DNA of 10,974 nucleotides from a virus: UHGV virus genome UHGV-1688096; one strand, 5' to 3'. Shown piece by piece: positions 6,891 to 10,974 of this stretch (position 1 is its first letter; each line of letters starts with the position of its first letter). The notes under the pieces were generated by a model. It saw only the letters and a program-made list of their open reading frames with translations, ran no database searches and was not told where the DNA came from. The position numbers and the translations under genes were made by a program.

Positions 6891-7013
6891 TCCCTGCCGT
6901 TCACCACCCAATCAACCATCCTCATCATAGACAAGCATCAAGCCAAAGGTAACACCTTCACCCCGCACGCAAGCCCTCAAACACCAATCAATCAGCAACA
7001 TTTACAAAAATAA

Positions 7014-7100
7014 AATACCTTTGTTATCCATCACTTATAACTTATTTACCACAAAATATAAATTAGGTTATTGACCACACCTATAACCTAAGTTATCTTT
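7014..7100 (+). promoter_or_regulatory. OL operator region and pL promoter
   Basis: Operator-type palindromes matching OR: ATAACCTAAGTTAT (7083-7096, perfect), ATAAATTAGGTTAT (7058-7071), AATACCTTTGTTAT (7014-7027). TTGACC -35 at 7071-7076 and TATCTT -10 at 7094-7099 (17 bp spacer), overlapped by the first operator. Confidence 0.55.
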
Positions 7101-7145
7101 AAGCCATCAGCAGGAAGCTGGTAGCCAAACGGAACAGATTGGCAG

Positions 7146-7186
7146 GCTCTTTAACATTGATGGGATTGTCCCGCCGAAATGCGGGA
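7146..7186 (+). promoter_or_regulatory. nutL-like site: boxA plus boxB hairpin
   Basis: GCTCTTTAACA (7146-7156), then 12 nt, then hairpin TCCCGC-CGAAAT-GCGGGA (7169-7186), the same boxB as at nutR; lies between pL and the N-like gene. Confidence 0.65.
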
Positions 7187-7293
7187 ACCAAAGAGTAGTT
7201 GGCTTTGGGGTGACGTGAAGTGCAGCTGCACGACGGCAACCGGAAGATAAGCACCCGGCGCGTCACCGCCAAAGTCAATCATCGGAGGTCAAC

Positions 7294-7566
7294 ATGACAG
7301 TAGTCATTACATATCTGGCTGACGATAACGCCAGAAATCGCCGCAGAGCACGCAGACAGGCTCAACGTGAGCAGGCAATGCAAGAACAGCGACTGGCGCG
7401 AAAAATTGCGCTAAAGCTCTCTGGTTGCGTCAGAGCAGACAAAGCAGCATCACTCGGAAGCCTTCGCTGCAAGAAGGCAGAAGAATGCAGTGGAAGTATT
7501 TGCCTGCCAAACGTAGCCATTTACGCGGCAGGATACCGGAAATCAAAACAACTGACGGCGAGGTAA
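7294..7566 (+). CDS. N: N-like transcription antitermination protein (P22 gene 24-like)
   Basis: GGAGG SD 5 nt upstream; N-terminal arginine-rich motif MTVVITYLADDNARNRRRARRQAQREQ; first gene downstream of pL/nutL. Resemblance to P22 gp24 is from memory. Confidence 0.75.
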   Translation: MTVVITYLADDNARNRRRARRQAQREQAMQEQRLARKIALKLSGCVRADKAASLGSLRCKKAEECSGSICLPNVAIYAAGYRKSKQLTAR

Positions 7567-7569
7567 GTG

Positions 7570-7794
7570 ATGAATCAGACATACATTCCATCATGCTTGA
7601 GAAATCTGCCAAAGCAGAAAGCAAAGCCCCGCAAGCAAGCCATAAAGGACGCTAAGGCAGAGGTTATTGATCAAGCAATACAATTGCTCAGGGAGGAGTT
7701 AAGAAGTGGCAAGCTCGAAGGAATGATGATGCCCTATCAGCGCGGATATCTATCGGCGATTAGTAAGTTGGAAGTATTGAAGAGTGAATTATGA
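7570..7794 (+). CDS. Hypothetical early protein (74 aa)
   Basis: ORF-track ORF 7567..7794 (GTG) trimmed to ATG at 7570; GGCGAGG SD upstream; begins 3 nt after the N stop; lysine-rich N-terminus. Confidence 0.5.
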   Translation: MNQTYIPSCLRNLPKQKAKPRKQAIKDAKAEVIDQAIQLLREELRSGKLEGMMMPYQRGYLSAISKLEVLKSEL

Positions 7795-7858
7795 ACTATC
7801 TGGAATTTCCGGATGGTTCATTGTTTTGGCAGCAAACCAATTATTTGAGAGCTGATAC

Positions 7859-8101
7859 ATGAGAGTAAAAACTATGGGCGCAAGCCCATTAAGCGGTCGT
7901 ATTTTTCAAGGAACATTAAACACTGAAAAAGGAATGTGGGTAGGAAAGAAAGAAGATGTCACCGATCAGGCAGTTAGGGCAGTAGCCGAACACATGATGA
8001 TAAAAGACCAGAAATATGCATACGAAACGAAGGATGGCAAATGGCTGATAATAAGTCATCAACTGGTTGATAAATTACCAGAAGAGTTTGTTGATGGTTA
8101 A
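7859..8101 (+). CDS. Hypothetical early protein (80 aa)
   Basis: ORF-track ORF; start overlaps (ATGA) the stop of a 23-codon ORF at 7791-7862, which in turn overlaps the stop of the 7570-7794 gene. Confidence 0.5.
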   Translation: MRVKTMGASPLSGRIFQGTLNTEKGMWVGKKEDVTDQAVRAVAEHMMIKDQKYAYETKDGKWLIISHQLVDKLPEEFVDG

Positions 8102-8229
8102 ATTTGCTTTGGAATAAGCAACAGAATAAACACTGCACTGTGTATTCATTCCAACGAGTGAATACACGGAGCAATGTCGCTCGTAACTAAACAGGAGCCG
8201 ACTTGTTCTGATTATTGGAAATCTTCTTT

Positions 8230-8253
8230 GCCCTCCAGTGTGAGGGCCTTTTT
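8230..8253 (+). terminator. Intrinsic terminator upstream of cIII (tL-like)
   Basis: Stem GCCCTC (8230-8235) / GAGGGC (8242-8247), loop CAGTGT, followed by TTTTT (8249-8253). Confidence 0.55.
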
Positions 8254-8319
8254 ATATGCATACCAATAACGCTTCATTCGAGGCGTTTTCGTTATGCAAT
8301 CAAATATAAGGAGTTACCC

Positions 8320-8454
8320 ATGATGCACTTTCAGCTCGCGGGTAGCGGCGTCATGTCCGCTTTCTACCCGCACGAATCTGAATTATCACGCCGAGTTAAA
8401 CAATTAATCAGAGCAGCAAAGAAACAACTGGAGGCGTTATGCGCAATGAAATAG
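8320..8454 (+). CDS. cIII: CIII-like protein (FtsH inhibitor that stabilises CII)
   Basis: TAAGGAG SD 5 nt before ATG at 8320; 44 aa MMHFQLAGSGVMSAFYPHESELSRRVKQLIRAAKKQLEALCAMK follows the pattern of lambda CIII (AIAGWPVAGCPSESLLERITRKLRDGWKRL, from memory). ORF track lists a longer 8215 start. Confidence 0.7.
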   Translation: MMHFQLAGSGVMSAFYPHESELSRRVKQLIRAAKKQLEALCAMK

Positions 8455-8591
8455 CCATCAATCACCAGATGCTTCGTGCGGCACAAAACAAAGCAGTAAT
8501 AGCCAGATTTATTGGTGATTCCAAAATGTGGCTTGAAGCAAATAAAGAGATGAAATCAGCTATCAACCTTCCATGGTATCGCAGGAAATGA
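8439..8591 (+). CDS. kil: Kil-like small protein (50 aa)
   Basis: Hand translation MRNEIAINHQMLRAAQNKAVIARFIGDSKMWLEANKEMKSAINLPWYRRK; overlaps the cIII 3' end; position and the FIGD-containing segment fit my recollection of lambda/P22 Kil. Not in ORF track. Confidence 0.45.
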   Translation: MRNEIAINHQMLRAAQNKAVIARFIGDSKMWLEANKEMKSAINLPWYRRK

Positions 8592-8746
8592 GTTTTACAG
8601 ATAACTGGTCAGACGAAGAATTCATTCGTCAGATGAAAGAATTAATCGGTAACGAAGGAGATATTCATGTCACTTGCAACCACAGTGAAGGAGAGCAAGT
8701 TACAGAGGCGCATGTACACGCAGAAAGCTCTCTGGTATCGACATAA
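8588..8746 (+). CDS. Small hypothetical protein (52 aa) in the position of P22 arf
   Basis: Hand translation MSFTDNWSDEEFIRQMKELIGNEGDIHVTCNHSEGEQVTEAHVHAESSLVST; ATGA overlap with the Kil-like stop. Identity not established. Confidence 0.35.
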   Translation: MSFTDNWSDEEFIRQMKELIGNEGDIHVTCNHSEGEQVTEAHVHAESSLVST

Positions 8747-8847
8747 TGGCGACCGCGAAGGAATGCGGGTATGCCTTAACTTGTCCCGAGTCGAAGTATT
8801 AAATCAGCGTTATTTCCTTGGGCCGTGTCCATTCTGAGAACAATCAT

Positions 8848-9453
8848 ATGAGCAAAGAATTTTACGCAAGACTGGCAGCTATTCAGGAGAATCTGAACGC
8901 GCCAAAGAATCAGTACAACTCATTCGGTAAATATAAATACAGAAGCTGCGAAGACATTCTTGAAGGCGTTAAGCCGTTACTGAATGGCCTGTTTTTATCA
9001 ATCAGCGATGAAGTTGTGTTGATTGGTGATCGGTATTACGTGAAAGCCACGGCAACTATTACCGATGGCGAAAACAGTCATACGGCAACCGCACTTGCAC
9101 GAGAGGAAGAAAGCAAGAAAGGAATGGATTCTGCACAAGTTACTGGAGCTACAAGCTCTTATGCACGCAAGTATTGCCTCAATGGTTTGTTCGGCATTGA
9201 TGATGCGAAAGATGCAGATACAGACGAGCATAAACATCAGCAGAACGCAGCAGCAAAGCAATCAAAACCATCACCTACATCTGAACAGGTTCTAAAAGCA
9301 TTCACTGACGCAGCAATGCAGAAAAACACCGTAGAAGAGCTTAAACAGGCGTTCGCCAAAGCGTGGAAGATGCTCGAAGGCACACCGGAGCAGCACAAAG
9401 CGCAGGACGTTTACAACATCAGACGAGACGAATTAGAAGGAGCTGCTGCTTAA
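8848..9453 (+). CDS. erf: Erf-family single-strand annealing recombinase
   Basis: ORF-track ORF 8818..9453 (TTG) trimmed to ATG at 8848; product MSKEFYARLAAIQENLNAPKNQYNSFGKYKYRSCEDILEGVKPLL... matches my recollection of P22 Erf closely over the N-terminal domain. Confidence 0.85.
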   Translation: MSKEFYARLAAIQENLNAPKNQYNSFGKYKYRSCEDILEGVKPLLNGLFLSISDEVVLIGDRYYVKATATITDGENSHTATALAREEESKKGMDSAQVTGATSSYARKYCLNGLFGIDDAKDADTDEHKHQQNAAAKQSKPSPTSEQVLKAFTDAAMQKNTVEELKQAFAKAWKMLEGTPEQHKAQDVYNIRRDELEGAAA

Positions 9454-9833
9454 TGGCACATTCGATTACTGTAAGACTAAACAAGCCCGCAAGAGAGTTT
9501 CAGGCCGGGGAAAATATCGGATTCAACATCCGTGCTGGCGTTCAGTATTACGATCGCCAGACAAAAAAGAAAGAATGGACAAACTACAGCGCCGTTGTAT
9601 TTGCCAAGCCGGGAGCGCAAGCGGATTACTACCGTAGTGTTCTTGTTGAAGGTGGAATTGTGGAAATTACCGGAGAAAACATCAGGGTTGATGTTTATCA
9701 GGGGCAAAATGGTCAATCAATCACTCTTGAATTACTGAATGCAAAGATTGGATTTGCAGCTTCAGGAAATGGCCAGCAGCAAAGTAGCAATCATCAAAAT
9801 CATCCTGAATACGACGATTCAATTCCCTTCTAG
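9453..9833 (+). CDS. SSB-like protein with C-terminal DDSIPF tail
   Basis: ATG at 9453 overlaps the erf stop (TAATG); ORF track gives an upstream start at 9363 that would overlap erf out of frame. 126 aa ending ...NHPEYDDSIPF, like the acidic DDDIPF tail of bacterial SSB; the N-terminal region is not an obvious canonical SSB OB fold by eye. Confidence 0.6.
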   Translation: MAHSITVRLNKPAREFQAGENIGFNIRAGVQYYDRQTKKKEWTNYSAVVFAKPGAQADYYRSVLVEGGIVEITGENIRVDVYQGQNGQSITLELLNAKIGFAASGNGQQQSSNHQNHPEYDDSIPF

Positions 9834-9856
9834 ATTAGCAAAATAAGGCTCCCATT

Positions 9857-10150
9857 ATGCCAGCGCCTCTGTATGGTGCGGATGACCCGCGCCGCTGTTC
9901 CGGCAATTCCGTATCGGAGGTGCTGGATAAATTCAGAAAAAACTACGATCGGATAATGTCGCTACCGCAGGAAACGAAAGAGGAAAAGGAATTTCGCCAT
10001 TGTATATGGCTTGCAGAGAAAGAAGAACGCGAGCGAATTTACCAGACATCAATCCGACCATTCCGCAAAGCCACATATACCCACTTCCCTGAAATTGACC
10101 CGCGCCTGCGTAATTACCGCTCACGCTATGGCGCTATCAGTAATGACTGA
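9857..10150 (+). CDS. Hypothetical protein (97 aa)
   Basis: ORF-track ORF; TAAGG 8 nt upstream of ATG; co-oriented with neighbours. Confidence 0.5.
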   Translation: MPAPLYGADDPRRCSGNSVSEVLDKFRKNYDRIMSLPQETKEEKEFRHCIWLAEKEERERIYQTSIRPFRKATYTHFPEIDPRLRNYRSRYGAISND

Positions 10151-10160
10151 GGAATTTACC

Positions 10161-10325
10161 ATGAGAGGACTTGCATACAATCCCGGCATTCTTCCAGCAG
10201 AAATGATTATTCGCCAACGCGTAAAGCCAATGCCATCGAGAGAGGAATTACTTAAGAGAAAGAGTTTCGGTTCTGTTAATGACAACAAATATCTGAATGC
10301 GATGTGGCGGAGTGGGAAGAAATGA
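10161..10325 (+). CDS. Small hypothetical protein (54 aa)
   Basis: In-frame ATG at 10161 within ORF-track ORF 10011..10325, preceded by GAGGAA; the stop overlaps the next gene's start (ATGA). The upstream part of the track ORF overlaps the 9857-10150 gene. Confidence 0.4.
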   Translation: MRGLAYNPGILPAEMIIRQRVKPMPSREELLKRKSFGSVNDNKYLNAMWRSGKK

Positions 10326-10870
10326 AACAAATGTCACTAATTGAGATGGATGGTTTTCTGAAAGGTAAATGCATCCCACGAGATTTAAAGGTTAACGAAA
10401 CAAACGCTGAATATCTGGTGCGTAAATTTGCTGAAGCGGAGGCCAAGATTTCGGCTCTGTACGAAGACCACCAGAAAGCGACTGAGTCAATTAAGCAGGC
10501 TGATGCAGCTGTTAAGTTGGCACACGAGAAGTTTTCGGCGCTGGCGGCGGAGAATGCGATGTTGAAGCAACGGACACAGCAACTTATCGACATCATTAGT
10601 AATACTGACAATGACTACTGCATGTGTGGTTCTGCTATGAAAGACCACGTGCACAGCGGATGTGGTTATCCTACTGGCATGTTCGATTATTACTACAACC
10701 AGTGGCTGGAGTCAGATAACAAAACCCCAGCCACCGATGCTTTTCTGGCTGAAGTACTGGCGCAGGGGGTGGAGATGGCGGCTTGCGCTCTTGATGACGT
10801 AAACCAGTTTAATTACGCAAACATGCTTGACGATTTAGCGCAGAAACTTCGCCAGGAGGCAGTCCAATGA
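10322..10870 (+). CDS. Hypothetical protein with central coiled-coil-like region and a Cys/His cluster, possibly Ea22-like
   Basis: ORF-track ORF 10304..10870 (GTG) trimmed to ATG at 10322; contains [18 protein letters not shown]; heptad-like A/E/K-rich middle. Family assignment tentative. Confidence 0.55.
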   Translation: MKQMSLIEMDGFLKGKCIPRDLKVNETNAEYLVRKFAEAEAKISALYEDHQKATESIKQADAAVKLAHEKFSALAAENAMLKQRTQQLIDIISNTDNDYCMCGSAMKDHVHSGCGYPTGMFDYYYNQWLESDNKTPATDAFLAEVLAQGVEMAACALDDVNQFNYANMLDDLAQKLRQEAVQ

Positions 10871-10974
10871 GCAACATCGACAAACGTGGATTACGGGAAG
10901 CAGCGGAGAAGGCGACGAAAGGCCGGTGGGCTGTTGAGTTCGACGATGAGATTTACTCCACTGACGGCGTGAAC
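10867..10974 (+). CDS. Ead/Ea22-like protein, N-terminal fragment (continues beyond window)
   Basis: ATG at 10867 overlaps the previous stop; translation [36 protein letters not shown] resembles N-termini I remember for Ea22-like prophage proteins. Confidence 0.45.
   Translation, partial: MSNIDKRGLREAAEKATKGRWAVEFDDEIYSTDGVN

Noticed and set aside
6418-6911. Minus-strand ORFs 6418-6630 and 6723-6911
   Set aside because: Antisense to the cI 3' end, the membrane-protein gene and its terminator; AT-rich DNA yields long spurious frames; no SD.
7425-7655. Plus-strand 76 aa ORF overlapping the N-like gene 3' end and the next gene in another frame
   Set aside because: Accepting it would require a frameshift; the N-like frame has an SD and an arginine-rich N-terminus, and the downstream gene has its own SD. 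It cannot be fully excluded without homology data.
7430-8174. Minus-strand ORFs 7430-7624 and 7974-8174
   Set aside because: Antisense to the plus-strand early genes that lie downstream of pL/nutL; no SD or promoter in the right orientation.
8998-9738. ORFs 8998-9261 (-), 9065-9295 (+), 9477-9716 (-) and 9532-9738 (+)
   Set aside because: All overlap the erf or SSB-like genes out of frame or in antisense; the Erf frame matches a remembered family closely.
9933-10611. Minus-strand ORFs 9933-10124, 10121-10330 and 10276-10611
   Set aside because: Antisense to co-oriented plus-strand genes with SDs and start/stop coupling.
1-10974. Search for CRISPR arrays, tRNA or rRNA genes, IS element ends or an attachment-site core
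   Set aside because: No spacer-repeat periodicity, no tRNA-like cloverleaf region and no terminal inverted repeats with a transposase were seen; integrase and att would lie beyond the right edge in this genome layout.

Overview
This window reads as the early/immunity region of a lambdoid (P22-like) temperate phage or prophage from an enterobacterial host, with lambda-type organisation. Leftward (minus strand) from a tripartite operator lie cro, nutR, cII, a small ORF, an O-like replication initiator with internal origin iterons, a DnaB-type helicase, a nin-region gene string (NinB, NinE, NinX-like, NinF-like) and a partial Rha/KilA-C antirepressor running off the left edge. Rightward (plus strand) lie the cI repressor, an AT-rich small membrane protein with its own terminator in the position lambda uses for rexAB, then OL/pL, nutL, an N-like antiterminator, three small coupled ORFs, cIII, Kil-like, Erf recombinase, an SSB-like protein and Ea22-like genes running off the right edge. 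No tRNA, rRNA, CRISPR array or IS element was seen. All calls rest on reading the sequence and on remembered protein families; no database search was run, so product names are provisional. The strongest candidate for something undescribed is the membrane protein directly downstream of cI (6563-6859), followed by the small-ORF cluster between N and cIII.
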